From contig NC_086118.1 of assembly GCF_963921235.1 (NCBI RefSeq), positions 17,796,001 through 17,860,000 on the forward strand: a stretch of DNA of 64,000 nucleotides. Reading direction: 5' to 3'. Shown in pieces: positions 13,357 to 26,240 of this stretch (positions are counted from its first letter, which is position 1; each line of letters starts with the position of its first letter). The position numbers and the translations under genes were made by a program. The notes beneath the pieces were generated by a model. The model saw only the letters and a list, made by a program, of their open reading frames with translations. It was not told the DNA's origin and made no database searches. This DNA is from Mobula hypostoma (Eukaryota).

Positions 13357-15994
13357 ACCCTAAGAAAAACCATTGTGATTATCTACTCATTCTTTGCGTC
13401 TTATACCTTTTTAACACGCTATAAGGTCACCCCACAGCTGACTCTGCTCCAGAGAAAATAGTCCCAGATTGTCAAATCTTTCTTTGTAACTTAAGCTCTC
13501 CAATTCCAGCAACTTTTCTGCACCGTTAGTTATATTTTATATGGCCACTACCCACAATGCTTCAAGTGCAACCTAACCAACAATTTGTGCAACTATAATT
13601 ATACTCAAAGCCTTGGGCAATGAAAGCAAGCATCCCATGTGCCGTCTTCCCCCCTTTATCTACCTGCATCTCCACTTTTTGGAAACTATGTACTTTTCCT
13701 GAACAATCTGTCTGCCACATTGCCCTCTGAGCTTTCGATACTTCTCCAGCTCAGGCCTTTTGAAAAGTTAAATTCTAATTTTAACACTACTCTTCTTGGT
13801 TCTCTCTGCTCTTTCCAAGTTCCAGGGGATCCGGTTGCCCCTCACAGCTCGAAGACATAGCGGTTAGTAGGTTAATTGGTCATTATAAATTGTCCCATGA
13901 TAGGTGGGTTGCTGTGCAGTGTGTCTCATCAGGAAATAAGGGCCTGTTCTGTGCTGTATCTCACAAGTAGTATCTCTAAATAAGTAAGTACCCTGTTCTT
14001 CTCTACCCCTGCTCCTTTTTTTAAATGTTCTGTCAGCTGAGGATTTGGACACCTGTCTTAAAATCCTTATTAAGCTTACGATGTTTTTACTTGGCTAAAG
14101 GTGGCATAAATTGTAATAATATAAAAGCTGCAATACTTAGACTCTGTCATATCCTTATCAATCCAATCCGATGTTGGATTTCTGTTTTAAATGTCAATGA
14201 TTTGGAAGGCGATTTATTCCATCAGAACTTGCTTAAGCAAGTTGCACCTTGTATATTTTACAAATTACATAGTCTCACCTCTTCTGTCAGGTTGCATAAT
14301 TCAAATTTTTCATTTTGTTTTACTTTCCTTAAGACATACTTTTAGTAATTGATTTTTAATAAATTATAACTGTGTGGAAATGTGTTAAATATAAAAGACC
14401 AGCTGAGTGACAATGTTTTTTTTCCAAATGACTCTAAACTGTATCTTTAAATGATCTATATTCTATCTATACACATTTCTTACTGCTTTTTACTTTGTGT
14501 TCAAGGATGCCAAGCCAAATTCACAGCATAGTTTGGAAGGTGATACATTCTTCTGAATGACACTAACGTGTATTGGTAAACTTCATACTAAATGTATCTT
14601 TGGGTGGGGGTCTTAAAGCTAATGGATAAATGATGAACACAGCATGTCGAGCTTTAAGTTCCCGTGGACTTCAAATCAGAAAGTTTTATGAGTATGAAGA
14701 GGAAATTCTAACCACTAAAGAAATAATCTAGGAAGCACCTTAAACTTAGTATCATGGATAATCCAACATTGGAACAGGTGTTTTGATCTATTCTGACCAA
14801 GGTGCCCATCTAAACTAATTCTATTGACCTGCTTGCATTTTGGTTATATCCCTCAAAACCTTCAAACCTTCCAGTTTAAGATGCCACTGGTGAAGCCGAG
14901 TATCTACTTTTTGGCGGCAAACAAAAGAATGCCACTGAACACTTTATTAATAACCCTTTTTCTGGTAAAATTTCTGGTGAATGATCACCACAAAATAGAG
15001 AGGCAAAAGCAAGGCGAGTGGGTATGAGGCAGAGTTGAGGTGAGCAAAGGTGTGGCCTGAGAACGAGGAAAGGCCCAAGATTTGATCGATCTAAGTGCCA
15101 GGCCGATTTGGTGTGGGCTAAAATGTGATGGCAAGGTCCAGGCCCAGCGTGTATTGAAAGGATAGGGCAAGGGTGCTAGAGCAAGGAACAACACGATACT
15201 TGGACGATTTAAATGCCAGGCGAGATTGAAAATGTGGGGACCAGAGACAAAGGCTGGGCCAGTTCTGCTCACTGCTCCATGATGTTTACTCAGCTCTGTG
15301 CTAATGTGAGGCTGTGGTCTGGTCAGGCTGCAGTAATGCCTGGCCTCGTGTCTGTGGACTCACTCACTCACTATTGTTCTGAATGTTCTCCAATTACTTT
15401 TACCGTGTGTACGATTTGCTTTCTTTCACTCTGCACATTGGGTGTTTGACAATCTTTTTTTTAAAAAAAAGGTTCTTTTGGGTTTCTTTGTTTTGTGGCT
15501 GCCTGTAAGGAGACAAATCTCAAGGTTGTATAATGTATACGTACTTTGAGAATAAGAGAATAAGTGTACTTTGAACTTTGAAACTTTTCCTATCCATGTA
15601 CCTGTCTTTTAAATGATGTTAGCATACCTGCCTCTCCTACCTCCTCTGACATCTTCATTCCATGTACCTTCCACTCTGCATGATGAATTTGCTCCTCTGA
15701 TCCCTTTTAAGTCTTTCCCTTCTGACCTTAAACCTATGCCCTCATGTTTTTGATTCCTATTCACCAGGGGAAAAAAAAAACTACATGCATTAAACCCATC
15801 ATGACGTTATACAGCCCTTTTAGGCCATCCCTCAGTCTCCTGTGCTCCAAGGAATACTGTTCTGAAGCATCAAAGAGGAGTTGACATTTCAATTTTACCA
15901 GTGCTGACCTAGAATATTCTAAATAATGTGCTTCTTATGTCAGCACTCTATTGTGATGAAGAAGTTCACTGAAAACCATTAACTTCTTTTCCAG

Positions 15995-16133
15995 ACCTTG
16001 TGCCATGGTGGTCCCAGACTTCGAATTGATTTGTGAAATCATGTTGGTTGCTGAAGGTTTCATTGAAGCTAGGCTGTTAGCTAGGAAGTTCCTCACCCTG
16101 TATCAGCTTTGTAAAGAATTGCTTTCCAAACAG
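15995..16133 (+). CDS. DNAH9: Dynein heavy chain exon B
   Basis: ttttccag|A CCT...CAG|gtatgg; [46 protein letters not shown]. Confidence 0.97.
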
Positions 16134-17882
16134 GTATGGCTGAATGGTTTATGATCTTGAAAGATCTATGTTACTTCTTTTTACCTTAACTGATTTTGTG
16201 AATGCTTATTGCAGATCTCAGTGTGTGGCTCTTAGCTTACATGTTGTAATTGTGATTTGGTGTATATATTATGCAAAGAAAGTTGATAATTATTGGGACT
16301 ATTTCTCCAATTCCTGACACAGTGATAATGCTGTCACAGCGAGAGCATCCTATGCACAAAAATCAAACATAACTATATTATCTCATTCAGAATTTGGACT
16401 ATATTTAATATGTGCAGCCTGTCTTGCTAAATTGCAACTGTGACATTCCTAAGAAACCTTGCACGGTAGAAATTCATGATATTATAGAACAGGCTGCAGT
16501 TGACTCTGAAGTACAGATTTCCCAATCACGATTGCCTTATTTCCAGCTCGTCCATTAATTACATTATACACAATTCTTATTATGGAAATAGGGATGCACC
16601 TCCCTGTCACACTGTAACCATGTTATGACTTGGAATGCTGCAGTTATTTAGTCTAATGCCTTTTGTAATCTTTATCAGCTCTCTGGAAACTTCTATCGTC
16701 TTTACAATTGATACTGTTCAAATGAAGTGTAATTTTTAATGCCACCTCCAGGACACCCACCATCCTCCTCCGCCATTGGCAACTGGAAGTTATCGAAACC
16801 AAGCAGAAAATGAAGCTAAATAGCATACAGTGAAAAGGCAATCTCTTCACGGAATAGACATTTAATTGTTTTCTTGAAATATTTCCCACCTGTATAACGT
16901 CTGGAGACCAGGAGGGCCTCTTAATTGGAACATCTAATATGAGAGGTTTCATGTTTTTATACAGGCCTAATTAAAGCATTCAGACTGCTTGCTATTGCTG
17001 AGTCAGGATCGCTCTATGTCTAAACTAAATCCCTTGTAACAACAAGAGAATTTTCATGAAGGAATGTTTCTTCAAAAATCAATAAGTGCTTTAAAACTGT
17101 TCTCATTGAATATCCATCGATATTCTTGTGAAGCAAATGCATTTTGTGCCAATTGTACTGATGGGATTTTCCCCTGGCTGTGTAGTTCTTGAACCTGCTT
17201 GAATTGCACAAGTATAATTGAGTCTTCACTAATACTAATGCACAGTAATAAGGTGCGAGAATACCAAGAGACTTATACTAATGAAAGCAGGTATTGACTA
17301 TGCTGCCTCCCACCCCTGCACACCTGAGAATTATATGACATATTTTTACATTTATTATTATTGATTTTAGTTTCACTGATGTTGTACCACTTAAAAGAAA
17401 TCCCAAAAGCAAATGTAATCTGTTATTGATGAGATCAATAATTCAAAAGACAAGCTTAGCTTTAACTCTAATAAAATTACAATGTAGAAAAGATTTTCAT
17501 GATTAAAGTGGCGCTGAAGCATAGAAATTATAGGTGAAAGCCAATAAATTCCTTCCTAGAACTGTTTCCCCACTGGGGTGAAATGGTTTTGTGTGTTTGC
17601 ATGAAATTCATTTGCTATGTTCAGGAGTTGTTCTGCATTTCAAATGTTTTATATACATTGGTGAACCTCTTTATTAAAATAATGGACAAAGCTTTTGTAT
17701 AAATGTCGTAGTTGCAAGTATCATGAATTGTCATTCCAACTTGTAAACAATTAAGGAACGATTTCTTAAAAATATTTTATGTAGTCTAGTTATAATTAGC
17801 AGATTTCTTTGAGAACTCGATTATTTGAATAGTTTTTAAGTTATCGTTTCAAGCAAATTTGAGTTGTTCTCCACCATGAATA

Positions 17883-18588
17883 GGTGTCCTTGTTCATCAA
17901 TCACTGAAAGTAAGCATGCAGGTACAGCAGGCAGTGAAGAAAGCTAATAGCATGTTGGCCTTCATAACAAGGGGAGTTGAGTATAGGAGCAAAGAGGTCC
18001 TTCTGCAGTTGTACAGGGCTCTGGTGAGACCACACCTGGAGTATTGTGTACAGTTTTGGTCTCCAAATTTGAGGAAGGACATTTTAACTATTGAGGGAGT
18101 GCAGCGTAGGTTCACGAGGTTAATTCCCGGGATGGCGGGACTGTCATATGTTGAAAGATTGGAGTGACTGGGGTTGTGTACACTGGAATTTAGAAGGATG
18201 AGAGGGGATCTGATTGAAACATATAAGATTATTAAGGGATTGGACACACTAGAGGTAGGAAACATGTTCCCGATGTTGGGGGAGTCCAGAACCAGAAGCC
18301 ACAGTTTAAGCATAAGGGGTAGACAATTTAGAGCAGAGTTGAGGAAAAACTTTTTCACGCAGGAGGTTGTGGTTCTGTGGAATGCTCTGTCTCAGAAGGC
18401 AGTGGAGGCCAATTTTCTGGATTCTTTCAAGAAAGAGTTAGATAGAACTCTTAAAGATAGCAGAGTGAAGGGATATGGGGAGAAGGCAGGAAAAGGGTAC
18501 TGATTGTGGATGATCAGCCATGATCACAGTGAATGGTGGTGCTGGCTCAAAGGGCTGAATGGCCTACTCCTCCACCTATTGTCTATTG
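17883..18588 (+). mobile_element. Well-preserved 5'-truncated CR1 LINE
   Basis: QVQQAVKKANSMLAFI...LVRPHLEYCVQFWSP...GYGEKAG in one frame with a single TGA; tail ctattgtctattg. Confidence 0.92.
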
Positions 18589-18721
18589 AATAAAGAAGGT
18601 AAAGCTCTTCCAGAACACTGTTTGCTCAGAGGACAATAACTGCCTCTTTGTTGGATCATGTCATTGCTTTTTTTTAAATCAAGTGCGTGCTTTGCTTAGC
18701 CTCACCATTGTCTTTTGCTAG

Positions 18722-19009
18722 GATCACTATGACTGGGGACTTCGTGCTATCAAATCTGTGCTTGTTGTGGCTGGTTCACTGAAAAGAGGTGACCCAGAAC
18801 GCCCTGAAGACCAGGTCCTGATGAGGGCCCTTCGGGATTTTAACATACCGAAGATAGTCACTGATGACGTGCCTATTTTCATGGGTCTGATCAGTGATCT
18901 CTTCCCTGCACTGGATGTCCCTCGAAAGAGAAATCTTCAGTTTGAAGGGCATGTGAAGCAGTCTGTTGTAGACCTTAAACTGCAGCCTGAAGACAATTTC
19001 ATTTTAAAA
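18722..19009 (+). CDS. DNAH9: Dynein heavy chain exon C
   Basis: tttgctag|GAT...AAA|gtaagt; [46 protein letters not shown]...PEDNFILK. Confidence 0.97.
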
Positions 19010-19509
19010 GTAAGTGACAGATTTTTGGTTCAATTTTGTTTAGCCTTAAGATTATTTTTTCACATTTCCAACTGAAATTAGTAGCTGAAAGTTCATTGAT
19101 CAGAATAGAATAGTGACACAAGTGACTGCAGATGCAGTAATCTAGAGCAACAATGAGATCTGTGGAGGAACTTAGCAGGTCAAGCAGTGTATTTGGAGGC
19201 AGAGAGATAGTCGATCTTATGGATCGAGGCCCAACATGTGAAAAGGAAAGGATAGTGGATTGGGTTCAAATAAAGGGCCTAACTGTATTTGGCTCTGGTA
19301 TGCAGTTCCAGAGGACTGCTGTTGATGTTCTCTCGGGTTAGTTGCTCTCCAACTTCAGTCTCTTTGCATTCAAAAATGGAAGTGAGTAGTAAGCTGGAGA
19401 GTGGTGCTGGTACATCTGATATCCTGTTCTTCTGTAAGACTCTCCACTGAGCACAGGAGTAAGATAACCATGTATGGAGACAAGGGTTGAATACACGTAG
19501 CATCCAAAA

Positions 19510-19717
19510 TTTTCCATAGATGCTGCATGGCCTGCTGAGTTCCTCCAGCATTTTGTGTGTGTTGTTTGTTATAGAAGCATAGAATCCTGCCGAAGGGTCT
19601 CGGCCCAAAATGTTGACTGTACTTTTTTCCTTGGATGCTGCCTGGCTTGCTGAATTCCTCCAGCATTTTGTGGGTGTTGCTTGGATTTCCAGCATCAGCA
19701 GATTTTCTCTTGTTTGT
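19510..19717 (+). repeat. Two tandem Penelope-type terminal-repeat fragments with a degenerate hammerhead motif
   Basis: gatgctgc.tggc.tgctga.ttcctccagcattttgtg twice; aatcctgccgaagggtctcggcccaaaatgttgact at 19583-19618. Confidence 0.7.
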
Positions 19718-19719
19718 GA

Positions 19720-20300
19720 GAACATTAGGAAGTTTTTTGACAAGAACAGGCCATTCAGCCCAACAAAGCTTGCCAAATTCCTATTCACAGAGTGTGTTGA
19801 AATAACTATCAAGTTTTGATTTGAAAGTCCCTAAGGTACTATTATCAACAACACAACTACTTGTTGTGTCCACAAGTCACTGTGTAAAGAAATACTTCCT
19901 GATTTAAGTCTGAAATCTCCCCTTAAACAGTCTCCACCTATGGCCCTGTGTCCTTGATGATGCATTAATTTTGAAGTAGCAGCTAGCAACTACTTTTCTT
20001 GTACCCTTAATAATTTTGAACACTTCTATGATGTCTCCTCCAATTCTATGTCTACTTATGCTAAAATGATTTAATTCATTCACTCTTTCTTCATAGCTCA
20101 TGCCCTGGAGACCTGGAATGAGTGTCTAGTTGCCCTTCTCTGGTCTCTCTCTCGTGGCTTCACATCCTTCACACAATATGGAGACCAAAATTGTACACAG
20201 TATTTAAGGTGTAGCGTCACAAGTGCATTATGCAGCTTAAGGAGAATGTCTCTTGACTTGAACTCCAATGAGTGCATTATATAGCCCAACATTCTATAAG
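19720..20300 (-). mobile_element. CR1-group LINE 3' fragment
   Basis: LEFKSRDILLKLHNALVTLHLKYCVQFWSPY; SYEERVNEL. Confidence 0.8.
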
Positions 20301-20305
20301 CTTTT

Positions 20306-20616
20306 GTTGGCGCGTGGCCAAGTGGTTAAGGCGTTCGTCTAGTGATCTGAAGGTCACTGGTTTGAGCCTTGGCTAAGGCAGTGTGTTGTGTCCTTGAGCA
20401 AGGCACTTAACCACACATTGCTCTGCGAAGACACCGGTGCCAAGCTGTATGGGTCCTAATGCCCTTCCCTTGGGCAATATTGGTGGCGTCGAGAGGGGAG
20501 ACTTGCAGCATGGACAACTGCAGGTCTTCCATACAACCTTGCCCAGGCCTGTGCCCTGGAAACCTTCCAAGGCGCAAATCCATGGTCTCACGAGACTAAC
20601 GGATGCCTATACTAAT
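20306..20616 (+). mobile_element. tRNA-derived SINE with RTE-like tail
   Basis: A box TGGCCAAGTGG, B box GGTTTGAGCC; tail aatccatggtctcacgagac; flanking direct repeat agctttt(gt) at 20299 and 20617. Confidence 0.8.
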
Positions 20617-20890
20617 AGCTTTTGTAGTGGTGCATGCTGGGATTGTGCATCAGTCCAACCTTTCAGCACTGTTAGATGTGGTGGATTTGTCGAGAAGTGA
20701 ATACCTGACCATTGTTTTCTTGATTGACTGTTTTGGAGTCTTGTGTCTGAACTGATTGCTTTGTGTAACAAATATTGTTGAATTGTAATACCTATCAGAT
20801 GTAAAACATCTTTGATGAAATGTGATAAACTATTATCAGTATATATGATCTTTGTTTCTTGGCTCATTATTGATATTTACATTTTTGCAG

Positions 20891-21101
20891 GTTGTTCAGT
20901 TGGAAGAGATGCTTGAAGTGAGGCATTCTGTGTTTGTTGTGGGAAATGCTGGAACTGGCAAAACTCAGGTCCTGAAATCCTTGTTCAAGACTTACCAGAA
21001 CATGAAACGACGACCAGTCTGGGCGGATCTTAATCCCAAGGCTGTCACCAATGATGAGCTCTTTGGAATCATCAACCCAGCAACCAGAGAATGGAAAGAT
21101 G
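20891..21101 (+). CDS. DNAH9: Dynein heavy chain exon D (AAA2 Walker A, GNAGTGKT)
   Basis: ttttgcag|GTT...GAT G|gtgtgt; [27 protein letters not shown]...[15 protein letters not shown]. Confidence 0.97.
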
Positions 21102-21519
21102 GTGTGTAACAGTTTCTTAAAATGGTTCTATTCAGTTACAACCATGTAAATGAGCACATGCCTTAGTAGAATCAAATGAGTGAACAAGTATTTGGGCATT
21201 CAAAGTACAAAACAACCTTCTGTATTAAAACATGAGCTTTGATCCAAGTATTATTACAAAAATCTGTTGTTAAATAGGTACATACATAGGTTATCCACGT
21301 TTGCATGTGTAAGCTGTATCAAATGCTACCGTGGAGTGTTCCTTTCACTTGTTGAGTAAAATTCTTTTTAGCAAGGAGAGAAGATTAAAAGTTAAAATTG
21401 CTGTATGTCGAAAACTACTTGAATTCAGGGCTAGCTGGTGATGTAATTTTTATCCCCATGCATCTCTCTGAATTGTCTGTATGTCAAATGTAAATGTTTT
21501 TTTTCTGTTAAATTCTTAG

Positions 21520-21647
21520 GGCTATTTTCAAATATTATGCGTGAACTAGCAAACATCACCCATGATGGTCCTAAGTGGATCGTGCTAGATGGTGACATTG
21601 ATCCTATGTGGATCGAATCTCTAAACACTGTCATGGATGATAATAAG
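21520..21647 (+). CDS. DNAH9: Dynein heavy chain exon E (AAA2 Walker B region)
   Basis: ttcttag|GG CTA...AAG|gtaagt; (G)[42 protein letters not shown]. Confidence 0.97.
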
Positions 21648-22316
21648 GTAAGTCAATATCTGCATCCCCAACTGAACCGGTGCTTGGAGAACAAATACAG
21701 GAAAAAATGATTAATAATAGGTTAACTTTTCTGAAAAAAAGCTGCTGCATAATTAACTTAAATCATCCTGATACACAAATTGCCATAATGGTTAGATAAG
21801 TTATAAAGGCCCATTATTGATACTCGGCTGACATTTACTGGGAGAACTACAGCCCTCATGTGAGGTTATGCTGAAGGACAATTTAATTTTTTTCAATTTA
21901 TCTAACTAGAATCACCATTTAAGTGAGCAATGTGATGTAAATAGGGAAGCACCATGCTCTCCAACAAAACTGATTCAACTTCCTTCCTACAAATCCTTAT
22001 GCTGTAGTTTCTTCTTTTCCTTCAGTAACTTGACCTCTGCTAGGACACGTAGGGGTCAGTTGCAGACAGGCAAAGTCAATGCCAAAAAGCAGACGCAACC
22101 CTAACCGCACAAGGTTCAATTCATTCGAGTGGTTATAAGTTCTCGATAGATTTGGCAGTACTGTAGCAAGGATATACATGAATCCTTAATCATTACCCCT
22201 TTTGCAACCATGTTGTTCATATTTTTCCACAAATACACTGTTTTGGAAATACTAACATACTCAGGTCAAAACCCCCAACTGGGCATGGAACAGATAATGA
22301 ATATACATTTGCCTAA

Positions 22317-22416
22317 GCAACACATACAAAATGCTGGAGGAACTCAGCAGGCCAGGCAGCCTCTATGGAAATGAATAAACAGTTGACGTTTCAGGCTGAG
22401 ACCCTTCTTTAGGACT
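22317..22416 (-). repeat. Penelope-type terminal-repeat fragment with a degenerate hammerhead motif
   Basis: Reverse strand agtcCTAAAGAagggtctcagcctGAAACGTCaact. Confidence 0.7.
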
Positions 22417-23446
22417 TACAACTAGTTTTCAATATTAAAATAAGCTTACTTTCTGCTTGGTAAATATTTAGAACTGTTAGACGCTATCAGTGGCAATTTG
22501 CCTTTAAGGCTCTGTTTAAATTAAAGTTGTATCTCATTAAATAAATTCCTCTACAAGGCTGGAATGAAACTTTGCACGTTTGCAAGCAATTTTGATAAAG
22601 TTTTCACACTCTACTTATCTTCTAAACTCAATAGAGACAGTTGTTTTTATCTCTATGACTGCTGTCTTTAATTATCTGTCAATTGTTAAGACTTCCAGGA
22701 GCCACAGTTTTCAACAGGTAAGCAATAGTACGATGAGCTCAGAAGTTATTGTTCGGCTCTTTATTTCTGCATCTTCTTGTTTTGTAAGGATCTATTTTTC
22801 CCAAACACTTCTCCCTTCTCCCCTAAGCCCTGCAAACTTTCTTCTTCTAAACGTTAATTTAGTTCCTTTGGACATCATCACCAAAGTGACTTCCAACTGG
22901 TGCTTTCAGATGTAACTTTTTTACTATATGCTTTAAAAGTACTGTATGTCATGTAGCTACTGATCCTTCTGCACTGGAAACAATTTCCTATTTTCATCAT
23001 TAAAACTAATCACTTCCATTAATTCTCCCATTAATTGATATCAAAAATCACATTATTACTATCATATCAGTTTTTGATCTTGTTCGTCCATTGTCAATAA
23101 ATTTCATGATCTGCTTGATCTTGCTCTGCTGGCATCTGTCAATCTTCACATTACTTCCTCTGCCTGTCATTAATATGTTATTGAAAACTTTTTCTCTGAT
23201 AGTATTCTTGCTTTTGCAAAACTTCCTAAAAAAACATCCTTTTGGCCATAACTTTGCCTTCAAGCCTTTCCATTCATCTAATTCTTCAGGCTTTCATTGA
23301 TTTTTTTCATAATTTTTCTCTTGGAATGCTGCATTTCTAGAAGTAAAGTAAACAGGACTTTGTTGTTTGAGTGCTATCATCTGTGGACTTTTGACATCTG
23401 GGAAAAACAGAGTTTTCTTGCTGAGTTTGCTGTTGCTTTACTTTAG

Positions 23447-23555
23447 GTTTTGACTCTGGCCAGCAATGAACGGATCCCTCTCAACCCCACTATGAGGCTT
23501 CTGTTTGAAATTAGTCACTTGCGGACTGCTACACCTGCTACAGTATCTAGGGCAG
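23447..23555 (+). CDS. DNAH9: Dynein heavy chain exon F
   Basis: ctttag|GTT...GCA G|gtgagc; [36 protein letters not shown]. Confidence 0.97.
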
Positions 23556-24261
23556 GTGAGCATGAAATTAACCATTAATATTATAATATTTAGTGAAATT
23601 ATACAACAGACCTAATCAAATGCAAACCATTTTATCTCTGGAAAAGTTTATCTAACAGTCCAATTTATGTTTGCCACACTGTTGAAAAATTGTACTGAAG
23701 AAGGTGCAAAGCAGATCACTAGGATTTTCTCTGGAATGGAGCAATTCAGCAATGAGAGAAAAGGGTGGATAAAGCTGAGCTTGTTTTCTTTGGACCATAG
23801 CAGGTTGAGTGAGTCCTTATTGTGACAGGCAGTATTTAAAGGGAGATTGTGTAGATAATGACAAGCCTTTCCCCCTGACAGCATTGTATGGAGCTGTGGG
23901 ACACAGGTTTATGATCAGCAGAGGAGACTTGAGGAAGATTTTCTTTTTATCCAGTGGGTGGTTGAAATTTAGAAGACAAGTAAATCCAGATCATGCAGAA
24001 AAATATTTAGTTGTACGTTTGAAATATCATGGGATGGAAGGCTATGTGCTGAATGCTGAAAATGGGATCAATATAGATAAACATTTGATGGATAGTACAG
24101 ACAAGACGGGCCAATAGGTCATGCTGACTCACTCAGTGGCTTTATAATTCATATCTTCCACAAAGGAAAATTGATATGTTAACTGGAAATCTATTGTCCA
24201 CATTTCAGTATATTTTTACAAGAGTTCCACATGGCAATGTTCGAGGTCCAGCTATCTAGTT

Positions 24262-25451
24262 CAGCGGTCCCCAACCACCGGGCCGCGGACCGGTACCGGG
24301 CCGCAACCATGTGCTACTGGGCAGCGAAGAAACCTTTCCTCATTCCCTGTCACGCCCACTGTTGAGCCATTACGCATGCGAGGTCATTACCCGCGCGTCA
24401 TCCATGTCAGCGCAGGAAGAAGATCAACTCCTCGAGCTTGCAAATGATGGCGGGCTGCAAAGTACGTTTGACATAACATCTCTGTCGGCATTCTGGATCA
24501 AAGTCAAGGCTAAATATCCTGAGATAGCCACAAAAGCACTGAAAATGTTGCTTCCATTTCCAACATATCTCTGCAATGAATGCAACAAAAACTAAATTGC
24601 GGAATAGACTGGACATAAGGAACCCCCTTCGAGTATCGCTGTCTCCCACCACCCTTCAATGGCACCGTCTTGTTGCAGGGAAACAAGCCCAGGGCTCCCA
24701 CTGATTCAGCGATATTGTTGTGTTGCAATAATTTTATATGTTCATACGGGGAAAATATTGCTGTGTGTTTAATATCCAAACGTTACTTAAAATGTTATGA
24801 TGCTATTGACTTAAGTGACTTGTATTGTATAACCATATAACAATTACAACATGGAAACAAGCCATCTCTGCCCTTCTAGTCCGTGCCGAATGTTACTCTC
24901 ACCTAGTCCCACCGACCTGCACTCAGCCCATAACCCTCCATTCCTTTCCTGTCCATATACCTATCCAATTTTTAAAAAAAATGATAATATCGAACCTGCC
25001 TCTACCACTTCTACTGGAAGTTCATTCAACACTTACTTCAAGCTCCCCTGTCCTCCCTGATAATTGACTTATCACTATATTCATGCGAGGAAAATATGCG
25101 CTGTGTTTAATATTAAATTCATTAGATAAACCCTTTTAGAGACAAAATTGAGTGTATTAGCCACTTATCACCTATATTCCGGTCGTGATTAACACACCCC
25201 CCCGCCCCGAACAGAATCACCAAAAACGATTTGTAGAAAAAAAATCGGCACGTACACGCATGTGCACTGGTGCCCGCGCAAGGCTTCATGGTCATGGTAG
25301 TCTTTCTTGGGGTAAACACAACTTATTTGACTGCTACTCTTGTCTGTTGGCAACCCTACCCCACCCCCCCACCCGCCACCAGTCGGCCGGTCTGCAAGAA
25401 TGTTGTCAATAATAAACCGGTCCGCAGTGCAAAAAAGGTTGGGGACCCCTG
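24262..25451 (+). mobile_element. Internally deleted hAT (Buster/Charlie) transposon with a transposase C-terminal remnant
   Basis: TIR cagcggtccccaacc / ggttggggacccctg; perfect 8-bp TSD atctagtt (24254-24261, 25452-25459); dimerisation-domain motif FWIKVKAKYPEIATKALKMLLPFPTYLC. Confidence 0.93.
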
Positions 25452-25469
25452 ATCTAGTTAGTTCACCAA

Positions 25470-26240
25470 TGAACTTTATTTATCATTAAATCAGGTGGAG
25501 TTGTTTGCTGATGGTCATTTACTCTCTACAAAAGAAGCAGTTCATGCCTGCATTCAGCAAGAACTAGACAACATTCAGGCATGGTCTGATAGGGAGCAAT
25601 TAATGTGCATGACACAGAACTCCCAGGCTATGACTACCTCCAACAGGTCCAACCACCTACGCTTGACATTCAGTGGTATTAATGTTGCCAAGTTCCACAC
25701 TCTGAGTCATATTGTCTGGAAACTCAGTAGCTATTCATATAATTGCTGTGACAATAAGAGTATGACAGACGCTATGTAGAGCAGTATTGAGTATTCCATC
25801 ACATATCTGATTGTGCCTTTCCATAATCTACAAGGCACAAGTCAGAAATATGATGGTATACTTTATACTTGACTGAATGAGTGTAGCTCTGACACAATTC
25901 AGGGCACATCAGACCATTTGATAAGTACTCTTTCCACTCTAAACACTTAATTCCCTTCACCATTATTGCATAGTGTATAGAGGCTAGTGCCTCTGCAACC
26001 CATGACCATCCAGAAGGTCAAGCACTTTAGGGAAGTGGGAACAATACCAACTACATGTTCCTCTCTGAGTCATGTGCTATCCCGATTTCAACTATATCAT
26101 CTCTCCTTAATTGTCACAGCATTCAAAACCAGAGACTCCCTACCCAACAGACTTATGGGAGCACCTTCATCAGAAAGACTTTCATCGGTGTTTTGAGGGC
26201 CTGTTCTCCACCTTACACAAAGGTCTTGACACTGTTATTA
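25470..26240 (+). mobile_element. Old CR1/L2-group LINE RT remnant
   Basis: LFADG...IQQELDNIQAWSD. Confidence 0.6.

Noticed and set aside
20306..20385. tRNA gene
   Set aside because: A/B boxes run into a SINE body with a tail and TSD; no clean cloverleaf or Pol III terminator.
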